A stretch of 64,000 bases of DNA, taken from a virus (Duplodnaviria > Caudoviricetes). This document shows positions 52,826 through 62,200 of this stretch, piece by piece; the first letter of the stretch is position 1; every line of letters begins with the position of its first letter. The stretch covers positions 243-64,242 of the IMG/VR virus record IMGVR_UViG_3300046779_000589, one strand, 5' to 3'. Position numbers and translations under genes: made by a program. Below the pieces are notes generated by a model. The model saw only the letters and a list, made by a program, of their open reading frames with translations, was not told the origin of the DNA and ran no database searches.

Positions 52826-55660
52826 ATGGAAACGAAGAAATTCCTTACCCGCACTCTGGGGGACGACGGTTACTACTGCGTGTTTGCGGCAAAAGACGGA
52901 CGCAAGTTGCAGAAGTTCTATCCGACCCTAGAGGCGGTGGTTAACGCGGCGGGCAACTTCGACAGTGAGGGTTTTGACACCTACTTCGCGCTTGCCACGT
53001 TCCAAGACGATACAGCACGGGTGCGGGACAATGTCCGCCAGATGCGGTCGTTCTACCTTGATCTGGACTGCGGTCCTGAGAAAGAGTTCCCCACGCAGGA
53101 AGCCGCGATCAAAGAATTGCGGGCCTTCTGCAAATCCGTTGGGCTACCTCGCCCGACGATGGTCAATTCCGGCAACGGTGTTCACGTCTACTGGCCGCTC
53201 ACGCAGCCCGTGAGTTTGGCTGAGTGGTTCCCCCATGCACAGCGCCTCAAGAACCTGTGCAAGGAGAAGGGGTTCGACGCGGACAAGAACGTCACCGCCG
53301 ACGCGGCCCGCATCCTGCGGGTGCCGGGAACACATAATTACAAGCGGGGTGAGCGGAAGCCTGTGGCGCTGCTCGGCACCCTCTCTGATCCTGTAGACTT
53401 TGACGCTTTCACCACGCTCCTTGGTTCCGACCCCGCCCCCCTGTTCCGCCCCAACACAGGGCCAGTAGAGCGTAATGCCGTCATGGATGCCTTGATCGGC
53501 AACCGCGAGAGCGTGTTCAAGAAGATCGTCATCAAGACCGCAGAGGGCAAAGGCTGCGCTCAAATCGGCGCACTCCTGACCAAGCCTGAGACGGTGCCAG
53601 AACCCCTGTGGCGGGCGGGCCTGTCCATCGCCAAGTTCTGCTCGGACGGCTACAAGGCCGCGCACCGCATGTCCAAGGGCCACCCCGAATACGACCCCGA
53701 TGTGACCGACCGCAAGGTTGAAGGCATCAAGGGTCCGTATCTCTGCACCCGCTTCGACGAACACAATCCCGGCGTCTGCGCGGGGTGCCCCAACTGGGGC
53801 AAGATCAAGTCTCCTATCGTCTTGGGACAGCAAGTCCGCGAGGCGACCGACGAAGACAACGTGGTGCAGGCACCTCCCGCCCAAGCCGCGTTCGCTCCGT
53901 CCAACGTCACCTACCTGATCCCCAAGTATCCCCGTCCCTATTTCCGTGGGGCCAACGGGGGCGTCTATCTCCGCAAGGTGGATGAGGATGGTGAGGTCGA
54001 GGAGAAGTGCATCTACCATAACGACCTCTACGTGATCCGCCGTGTGCGTGATCCCGAAAGCGGTGAAGGCATCGTCATGCGTCTGCACCTGCCGCATGAC
54101 CCCGTGAAAGAGTTCACGGTGCCGCTGACCGCCGTGGGTTCCCGCGACGATTTCCGCAAACAAATGTCCGCGCAAGGCGTGGGCGTGCTGAAAATGGATG
54201 ACCTCATGTCTTACACGATGCAATGGGTGAACGAGTTGCAGGCCGTCGCCAAAGCCGACGAAGCCCGCCGTCAGTTCGGCTGGGTCGATGAAGATTGCTC
54301 CTCATTCGTGCTGGGCAACCGCGAATACTTCCACGACCGTGAGGGCGACAACCCGCCCTCCACCACGACGATGGCGATGCTGGGCCACTTCCAGCCCAAG
54401 GGTAGCCTGCAAGGGTGGAAGGACACGATGTCGTTCTATGCCCGGCCCGGCTTTGAGTTGCATCAGTATGTCGTCGCCGCAGGGTTCGGCTCGGTTCTGA
54501 TGCAGTTCCTGCCCATCCACGCTGCTGGCCTGCACCTCTATTCGAAGGACAGCGGCCTCGGTAAGACCACGGCCATGCTGGCGGCACTCTCTATCTGGGG
54601 CAAGCCGGACAAGCTGATCCTCGGCCAGAACGACACCTATAACTACAAGATGATGCAGGGGGAGATGTATCACAACCTGCCCTTCATGCTGGACGAAGTG
54701 ACCAACATGTCGGGACGTGAACTCTCCGACATGGTCTACCAGTTGACGGGTGGTATGCAGAAAGGGCGTATGTCATCAGGCTCCAACACCGCACGTCACC
54801 GTGGTGAGCCGTGGAAACTTCTGGCTGTCACGACCGGAAACGCCAGCGTCATCGAACGCATCAGTATGGCCAAGGCCATGCCGAAAGCAGAAGCCCAGCG
54901 GATGCTGGAAGTGCGGGTTGACCGCATCTTCTCGGCCCCTTCTGACAAGTCGGAGACGGACAACTTTGCCAAGGCTGTGATCGAAAACTGTGGGTGGGCA
55001 GGGCCGATCTTCGTTCAGCACATCATGCGGAACCGCGATACCGTCAAGGCACTGTTGCTCAAGGTACAGGAGCGGATCGACAAGGCTGCGGGACTGACCG
55101 CCGAGAACCGTTTCTGGTCGGCCCATACGGCTTGCTCCCTCACGGGTGCCATCCTTGCAGGGCAACTCGGTCTGGTACAGTTTGATACGAAGAACCTGTT
55201 CAACTGGATCATCTCGACGCTGCTTGCTGAAAACAAACGCACCAGCTTCGACATGGTGGCCTCGGTCGAAGACACCCTGAACGACTACATCAACGAGCAC
55301 TGGGGTAGCTTCCTCTGGATCAAATCGACGGAAGACCTGCGCGGCAAAGTCGGTAACGGGAATGGCATCGACAGCCTCGTGGTCCCCGAAGTGCAGCCCA
55401 AGGGCAAGTTGGTCGGTCGCTATGAAACGGACGTGAAGCGGGTCTATCTTGTGCCGAAGTTCCTCAAGGCGTGGTGCGGAGAGCAGCAGATCAACTACTC
55501 GGCCTTCGTGCAGGAACTCATTACCAAGATGGGTGGCAAGAAGATGAAGGCCCGCCTCGCCAAGGGCACGCACATGAACCTGCCCGCCACCGATGTCATC
55601 ATGGTCGAATGTGACGTGAAGATCGCAGAGGGTGCAACCAATGACGGTTCTGCGGCTTGA
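52826..55660 (+). CDS. Primase-helicase (AEP/RepB-like primase, DUF927-like, P-loop ATPase)
   Basis: YLDLDCG, VNSGNGVHVYW, RILRVPGTHNYK, and Walker A SGLGKTT with MLDEVTN. Confidence 0.85.
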   Translation: METKKFLTRTLGDDGYYCVFAAKDGRKLQKFYPTLEAVVNAAGNFDSEGFDTYFALATFQDDTARVRDNVRQMRSFYLDLDCGPEKEFPTQEAAIKELRAFCKSVGLPRPTMVNSGNGVHVYWPLTQPVSLAEWFPHAQRLKNLCKEKGFDADKNVTADAARILRVPGTHNYKRGERKPVALLGTLSDPVDFDAFTTLLGSDPAPLFRPNTGPVERNAVMDALIGNRESVFKKIVIKTAEGKGCAQIGALLTKPETVPEPLWRAGLSIAKFCSDGYKAAHRMSKGHPEYDPDVTDRKVEGIKGPYLCTRFDEHNPGVCAGCPNWGKIKSPIVLGQQVREATDEDNVVQAPPAQAAFAPSNVTYLIPKYPRPYFRGANGGVYLRKVDEDGEVEEKCIYHNDLYVIRRVRDPESGEGIVMRLHLPHDPVKEFTVPLTAVGSRDDFRKQMSAQGVGVLKMDDLMSYTMQWVNELQAVAKADEARRQFGWVDEDCSSFVLGNREYFHDREGDNPPSTTTMAMLGHFQPKGSLQGWKDTMSFYARPGFELHQYVVAAGFGSVLMQFLPIHAAGLHLYSKDSGLGKTTAMLAALSIWGKPDKLILGQNDTYNYKMMQGEMYHNLPFMLDEVTNMSGRELSDMVYQLTGGMQKGRMSSGSNTARHRGEPWKLLAVTTGNASVIERISMAKAMPKAEAQRMLEVRVDRIFSAPSDKSETDNFAKAVIENCGWAGPIFVQHIMRNRDTVKALLLKVQERIDKAAGLTAENRFWSAHTACSLTGAILAGQLGLVQFDTKNLFNWIISTLLAENKRTSFDMVASVEDTLNDYINEHWGSFLWIKSTEDLRGKVGNGNGIDSLVVPEVQPKGKLVGRYETDVKRVYLVPKFLKAWCGEQQINYSAFVQELITKMGGKKMKARLAKGTHMNLPATDVIMVECDVKIAEGATNDGSAA

Positions 55661-55862
55661 TGACCTTCATCCCGACGGTATTCGCATCGTCGTAGACTGG
55701 TCCCGGTTCACGCCGGGATCGTCAATCTTTGTCCCGTGCCTCGATCTGGACGCCTGTATTCAGCAGGTCGAACGTATCGCGGAGCGTAAAAAATGGAAGA
55801 TTCAGCACCGCGTTTGGGCCGAGAACAACATATTGGGCTTACGTGTGTGGCGCATAGCATGA
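55641..55862 (+). CDS. Small hypothetical protein (FTPGSSIFVPC..GLRVWR)
   Basis: Overlaps the primase stop; 73 aa. Confidence 0.7.
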   Translation: MTVLRLDDLHPDGIRIVVDWSRFTPGSSIFVPCLDLDACIQQVERIAERKKWKIQHRVWAENNILGLRVWRIA

Positions 55863-55913
55863 TATAGATGGGGCCACGATGGTCGTTGGCTATCGTTTCT
55901 CCATTGTTCCTAG

Positions 55914-55951
55914 CCCCCAGTTAGTGCCGCAACTAACTGGGGGTCTTTTTT
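55914..55951. terminator. Terminator at the convergence of the two arms; the stem is a GTTAG box
   Basis: CCCCCAGTTAGT-GCCGCA-ACTAACTGGGGG followed by TCTTTTTT. Confidence 0.85.
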
Positions 55952-58900
55952 AGAACAGTTGCCAGCCTTGATCCCAGTCGCGGGCGTTTTGCAGCAGGGC
56001 TGCACGGTTCGCAGGGTTTATCGTAATCCCGTTGAACATCTCGTCCGTCGTCTTCTGGTGCTGCTTCAACGACCGCTGCAGGTCTTCCGGTTCAATCGGG
56101 TTGTCGGGATGGCGGCGGTTGAACTCCGCGATCTTCTGCATGGCGTTGGCGCGTTCTTCGGCATCGCCTTTACGCATGGACATATACACCGACTTCATCA
56201 GCTTGGTGCGTTCCTTGCCGATAGCGGTGTCGATGCGCTTGATGACTTGGTTGCGCTCTTGGTTGAAGGTGTAGGACGCAGGGGCAAAGCCCAGAAGCTG
56301 GCCGATGATGTTGCCCGTAGTCACGTCGTCCACCACAGGGTCGCCACGACGGGTGGTCATCCCCTCGTTGGCGTAGCGAACAGCCTTGGACACGCTGGAG
56401 AAGGCCGCAGGCAGCATCTGCTCGACGCCACGTTGGATGTCTCCCCCACTCAGCAGTTCCTTGACGCCCCGCGAGAACCGCACCCCCGTAGCCCATGCAG
56501 GGCCACCGAAGTAGTTCATGAACGTGTCGGCTTCCGACGGGTTGGAGTTGAAGCGGTCTGCCCGCAGCAACAGGCCCGACAGGCCGATACGGCCAGAGAT
56601 GTCCATCCCCGTGCCTTCGGTCAGCCAGCCCTTGTACCAGCCTTCACCGATGCTCTTGCGGACGATGGTTTCGAAGTCATCCTCGTCGTCGTCCAGCAGC
56701 ATCGCGTTCACCATCATGGCGACAGCGTTGAACATCGGCACACCAGCGACACCCGCCAGCAGGAAGGACGACCCCCACATACCCAGCGTGGCCTTGAGAG
56801 CGATGCGGGCATCCGCCTTCAACTGAGCGAGGTGCATCAGGTTCTCAGGAGTGCGCGGCAGTTGACCGGAGTCCAGCTTGCGCTGGAACGCACGGACCTC
56901 CATGCCTGCGGCTTCCTTCATGTACCGCAACTGCATGTGGGTCATGTGCAGCCCGTAGTTACGGAACATGCCGACGATCCGTCCGATACCCTGCTGGGTC
57001 CAGCGCGGTGCGTCGTTCAGCGTTGCGCCACCGTTCAGCTTGCGGGTCAGCCGCACCGCTTCTTCTGCCGCAGCTTGCCGCAGATCGGCTTCCGCCGCAT
57101 TCGGGTTTGCCGCACGGAGTTGCGCGTAATGCAGTCGGTAGCTGGCCAGAGCCGTTACCTGACGGTTCATGCGTTCTGCGACGTGGAAGGCACCGCCCAT
57201 CAGCGTCGAAACCCGCGAGAACACGGTGTTCTTACGCCCCGCCGTCTCGAAACCAAAGCTGTCGTAGAAGAGCGAACGCGAGAGTTCCCCCTGCGCCGCC
57301 ATCTCCTCAATAAGCGGGATCAGCGTCTCATACTGAGCGACCTGTTCCGGCGTGAAGCCCATATCGGTGCGGACAGTATACGCCCCATCCACCACGACAA
57401 ACGCATTGTCGATAGAGGGCGCAGAGCGCACCTTGACCGATTGCGTACCGCCCACACTCTGCGGCAGGTCTTGGAGCCGGGTGAACCCGCTGGTCGTGAA
57501 CGCCTTGGTCGCCGCAGCAATCTCCCGCATGGTCGGGGCCGTCTTGTACCGTGCAGCCAAGTTCGGAGCCACGACAACCCCGATGGTCCCCGTCTGCACG
57601 ATGACGGACGAGACGTTCCAACCCAGCGTCATGGCGAAGGTGGCCCGCGTGACCTTCTCGGCAAACTGGTCATTCGGCGGGTTCACGGCAAACTCAGCCC
57701 GTTGCACGAGTTCTTCCACAAGACCCTTGGTCGCCGGGTCGTGCGTGCGGTTCCACTCATCAACGAGTTTCGTCTTCTCCTCATTGATCTTGCGGCTGTA
57801 GCGCAGGCGCTCAGTCTGGCGAGCCGTCTGGAACGCCTTGATGCGGAACGCTTCGACCGGATCGGTTTCGAAACCGGGGAAACCCTCGCGGCGCTGCAGG
57901 GACTTGGCGAACGAACTTTCCGGCATCAGTTCGATGACCATAGCCATGAACCGCTCTTTGGTCGGGTCATCCACGTTGGCTTGGTCCAGCAGGGTAAGCA
58001 CCCCACGGACAAACGAGCCGTCCGGTGCGCGGCGGAACGTGTTCATGCTCAAGCGCGGGGTCGCGTCGTAGACAGGGTTGCCCGCTGCGTCCTTCTCGAC
58101 TTCCGGCATGGTGGCCAGCGCCGCAATCGCCCGCTTGCGTTCCGCATCGGTAGCGAACGTCTGGTAGACCGTTTCCGGCGGGGTGTCCGCAGAGGCACGG
58201 GCGACATAACTCAGCCAGTACGACCCTTCGCGCACCATCGGCTGGTAGCCGTCCATCAGTGTCGAACTCTGCATCAACCGGGCTTGGAACGACCGGAGCA
58301 ACGAGGTCTTCGTTGCTTCTGGGATGGAGATACCCTCGACGTTGGTCATCTCGTCGATGCTATCCGTGATCGCGGCCATTAGCACCCCGTGTTGGCGCGG
58401 ATAGTTGGCCCAGAGAGCGTCAGCCATAGACCGCAGGTTGGGCGGCAGGCTGCGATAGATCGCATTAAGTTCTTGGTGCGTGATGTTCTGGTCGCGGTCC
58501 TTATAAGTCCCCAGCGGGCGGTTCGCTTGCACGTGAGCAAGGTTGCCCTTGTTCATCATCAGTTTGAACCGTTCGTAGACCGCCGGATCGGCGGCGTCCC
58601 GCACCTCTTCAAACACCTTCTGCATACCCGACAGGCGCTGGGCTTCGGTGGTCTGTGCCGCCGTCATCTGGTTGATGAGCCGTTCCATACGCTTGGCAGC
58701 GGGCATTTGCGCCGCTTGCGCCATTTCAACCAGCATCGGTAGGTTGCGAGACCCCATCACGGCGTCACTCACACGGCCCAGCGGATCGTTCTGAACGGCA
58801 TCAAGAAGCTGGTCTGCAACGGCCCGCATAGACCCCTGCGTGGTGCGCTGGATACCTTGTTCGATGCGGTTGATGAGTCGGATCGTATCGCTCGCTCCTT

Positions 58901-59279
58901 CGGCGCTGGACGCCATATACAGAGAACCCGCATCCCGCGAGGCCGGAGCAGGTGCGATAGCCGCCGTCAACACGTTGTCCAGCGTGGAGAGCGCCGTGTC
59001 GCGCAGTTTGCGCGGCTTGCCCACCATCATCCGCAGGAAGTTACGCACCGCATCCGAGAAGCGGGTCCACGACGAGATTGGGTCGCCGTTCGGATGCAGT
59101 CGGGCCAGTTCGCCACGGAACTCCATGTTGGTCAGGGCTTCCGACGCAAATTCCTGCAGCGACTGGGAACCATAGTACGTGCTGAGAAGTTCTTTCACCG
59201 AGTCATAGACGGCTTGGACAGCTTGCGTCGTGGGGTGCGACGGGTCAGCCAGCGTGTGCGACAGCGCAGCGTGGCCCAT
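55950..59279 (-). CDS. Giant ejection/polyvalent protein, C-terminal part after the frameshift
   Basis: Starts at the EMGH half of a zincin motif; followed by QEFASEALTN and a long helical region ending with TM-like segments. Confidence 0.75.
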   Translation of the reverse strand: MGHAALSHTLADPSHPTTQAVQAVYDSVKELLSTYYGSQSLQEFASEALTNMEFRGELARLHPNGDPISSWTRFSDAVRNFLRMMVGKPRKLRDTALSTLDNVLTAAIAPAPASRDAGSLYMASSAEGASDTIRLINRIEQGIQRTTQGSMRAVADQLLDAVQNDPLGRVSDAVMGSRNLPMLVEMAQAAQMPAAKRMERLINQMTAAQTTEAQRLSGMQKVFEEVRDAADPAVYERFKLMMNKGNLAHVQANRPLGTYKDRDQNITHQELNAIYRSLPPNLRSMADALWANYPRQHGVLMAAITDSIDEMTNVEGISIPEATKTSLLRSFQARLMQSSTLMDGYQPMVREGSYWLSYVARASADTPPETVYQTFATDAERKRAIAALATMPEVEKDAAGNPVYDATPRLSMNTFRRAPDGSFVRGVLTLLDQANVDDPTKERFMAMVIELMPESSFAKSLQRREGFPGFETDPVEAFRIKAFQTARQTERLRYSRKINEEKTKLVDEWNRTHDPATKGLVEELVQRAEFAVNPPNDQFAEKVTRATFAMTLGWNVSSVIVQTGTIGVVVAPNLAARYKTAPTMREIAAATKAFTTSGFTRLQDLPQSVGGTQSVKVRSAPSIDNAFVVVDGAYTVRTDMGFTPEQVAQYETLIPLIEEMAAQGELSRSLFYDSFGFETAGRKNTVFSRVSTLMGGAFHVAERMNRQVTALASYRLHYAQLRAANPNAAEADLRQAAAEEAVRLTRKLNGGATLNDAPRWTQQGIGRIVGMFRNYGLHMTHMQLRYMKEAAGMEVRAFQRKLDSGQLPRTPENLMHLAQLKADARIALKATLGMWGSSFLLAGVAGVPMFNAVAMMVNAMLLDDDEDDFETIVRKSIGEGWYKGWLTEGTGMDISGRIGLSGLLLRADRFNSNPSEADTFMNYFGGPAWATGVRFSRGVKELLSGGDIQRGVEQMLPAAFSSVSKAVRYANEGMTTRRGDPVVDDVTTGNIIGQLLGFAPASYTFNQERNQVIKRIDTAIGKERTKLMKSVYMSMRKGDAEERANAMQKIAEFNRRHPDNPIEPEDLQRSLKQHQKTTDEMFNGITINPANRAALLQNARDWDQGWQLF

Positions 59280-62200
59280 CTGTTGAGACCAGTTTTCGAG
59301 TCCAGCAGAATTTCGTTGGTGGACGGATCGAACAGGCCCGGCACGGCGGTGCCATCTTCGGCACGCAGGTCGTCCACGATACGGACTTTGGTGGTTCCCA
59401 CCGCCTCGGACATCTTCATCATGATGCGCCCGATGAGCGGGTTCGGATGCGTCAGACCAATACCGATGAGCGCATCACGCAGGTTTCCGGCCCGCAGAGC
59501 GGCCACGACACTGGGCCGCAACGGTACGGCCATCGCGTCCACCGCGTGCGACAGGAGTTTCAACGTCGGCCCGTAGATGAGTTCGCGCACTGCACGCTCA
59601 CCCGCTTCGAAATCGTCGATGGCGTCAAGGATTTGCGTGTCGTTGCTGTCCTTGTTGATCCGGCCCGTTTCACGGAGGTGCCGCAGGATTGCGTCGGACC
59701 GCGTCTCTCCCTTGCGGTATTTGATGCCGCTGAGATTAGGGATCGGCTTGGCTTCGAACGGCAGCTTGGTGGGCGCGGCGACCTTCACCTCCCGCAGAGC
59801 GTCTTCGGCCTTACGCGCAAGCGTCTTACGCATCGCCTCGTTTTCTTTGGTCATCACCTCAAGCGCCGACGCCGCCATGCTCTCATGCAACGGGACTTCT
59901 GCGACAACTGCGTCATGCGCGGCGCTAACCACCGCATTGGCTTTCACGCCCGCCTCAACCTCAGTCTTGGTCGAATTGGCTGCTTGCCCCATAACGATCT
60001 GGGCCTTGGGCGAAAGATTTGCCACCACCCATGCACGGGCTTTGATCGCGTCTTTCGGTTTGATACCTGCGTAGAACTGCTCGGCCCCGATGATCTTGGC
60101 ACGCGCCTTGCCGTCCTTGATGTCGATCATGTCTTCGTGTGGCGTGGTGGAGTTCTTCGCAACACTCGTGGTTTCGACCGATTGGCCCGGCGCGGCAAAC
60201 ACCGACACGGCCCCGATTTCTTGCAGGGCTTCCATCACGTTGGGGAAGCGCGAGAAGAACTGGAACGCCGCCTCGGCTTCCTCGTTCTTGAGGGTATTGT
60301 TGCGCGAGTAGAGCAGGCGATACACCGCCCCCTTGTCCGTGTGCGTCGTCACGTCCTTGATCGCTGCAATCTCTCCGACGCCTTGGATATAGCTGCGGAA
60401 CTTGCGGAACGATTCGGGCGCACGTTGGTCAAAGAAGTCTTTGATCTTGGTGGCGAAGACCAGACCTTCTGCTTTCGCGTTAGGCGTCGGGTTATTTGCT
60501 TCACGCTCCTGCAGCGTCTCCAGCCAACCCACAGTCGGCTTGCCCGTCATGCGACGGTTGCGACGACGCAAGGTAAAGGTTTCCGGCCCCAACCGTGCGG
60601 GTCCAGACGGCTGCAACGTGCGGGCATCCGTAGGCGTGAGCAGTCCCGATGCCGTCATAGTGGGATCGGACGAACCGACTTGCCCCAGCGTGCGGGTCTT
60701 CGGGCGCGGAAGTTTGCGGCGTGCCGCACCTTCCACAGCGGTCTGTGCGGCGCTCTTCGCCATGCCGATCTTGCGCCGAGCATCGTTTCGGGCAATCCAG
60801 TCGCGCAGGACTTTACCGCTCTGATTACGCGGGTAGTTCACCAACTCAGGTTTGGGTTCCAGTTCCAGCAGGTTGTCAGGGAACCCAAGGGCTTCTTCGG
60901 GCGTTACTGTTTGACGTTGACCCGTGGCTACCTCGTTGAACAACTGCGTAGCCTCGGCTTCGGACATAGCCTTGGCTTGCGGTACGACCTCTTCTTTGAC
61001 CTTGGGCGCTGCGGGTCGCTGCGGGTTAGCCGCCTTGGGTGCCGGGACCGAAACGGGTTCTTCAATGACAGGCGCAGCTTCCGGCTCCTCGCGCACAGGT
61101 CCGCGCACCATCGCTGCGGCTTGCTCAAACGCTTCAAGTTCCGTTGGAAGATCAGCGTCTACGACTTCCGGCACTTCCTCGACAACGGGCTGCGGAGCGG
61201 CTTCCGGCGTCGGAGCCAACGGCAGTTCATTCTGCGCGACCTTCTCCACAGCGGGTTGGGCCACAGGCTTGGGCGCGACTTCCGGTGCGGCCTTTGCAGC
61301 GGCAGGAGTTGTCGGTGCTTTCTCCAGAACCCGACGTTTCCCATTCATGTCGGGGGCCGACACGACGCCTTGACTTTCCAGCGCGGTCAGGAGGTCTTCT
61401 GCCGTCTGGGCGCTGACCTCCATATAGTCTTGCAGGTGTTCGACCGAAGCACGCTGCGACCACTCCACTTGTTGTTTGGCTTGGGCCAGCAGAGACGACG
61501 AGATGCCGGGCGGCAGGCTGGCGGCTTCCGCAGCCGCGCTACCCGTATAGAAATTGCCGTACCGCGCCTTGAGTATGGCATCGGCTCGCTTGCGGGCTTC
61601 CTCGGCGGCGGCTGCACGGTCTTCGGCAAAGCCAAGCTGCCCCATATCGTCATTCAGAAACGGGACGCCAGCCTTACCATATTGGTGGAACTCCGGGTCT
61701 TTTTGACCGATGTCGAAGCGGCCCCAAACTTTACCCGCCAGCGGCACGTCGTCGTTGAGTGCATCGCCTTCGGCGTCGTTGAGGACGGAACCAAAGCGGG
61801 CGTCGAGGTCGGTAGCAAGTTCCGTTGCAGCGTCTTTGGCACCGACATAGATAGTCATGCCCTTACCAGACTGGTCGCTGTTACGCCCAACCTTGTGCGG
61901 TACACCCTTCTCGGTCAGGTAATCCGAGATGTCTTTTTCGCTGCCCGGTACGGGGTTCAGGTGCAGTTTCCAGCCGGAGGTGTCAGGTTGCGTCGAAGTA
62001 GCAGCGGTAGCTTTTGTTCCAGCCCGTGCAGCGGGACGCACCACGGGCGTGTCGCGTTCAATGAGGTCAAAGTCCTCATCGTCCAGCGCCGAAACCTCAT
62101 CCATAATTTCTTGGGGCGTCTTCACCTTTGCAGGTGTGGTCGGAGCCTGCGTAGCCGCCTTCGGGCGCAGGGTAGGTTCTTCGACGGGCGTCTCTTCGGG

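Noticed and set aside
28486-55937. GTTAG repeats as a CRISPR array or REP-like mobile repeats
   Set aside because: The copies are dispersed, only 17-18 bp, tied to gene junctions and lack regular spacers. The Cas4-like gene is a standard phage replication nuclease.
59270-59295. Programmed -1 frameshift joining the two giant ORFs
   Set aside because: There is no slippery heptamer, and the missing motif residues would not be restored by a shift.
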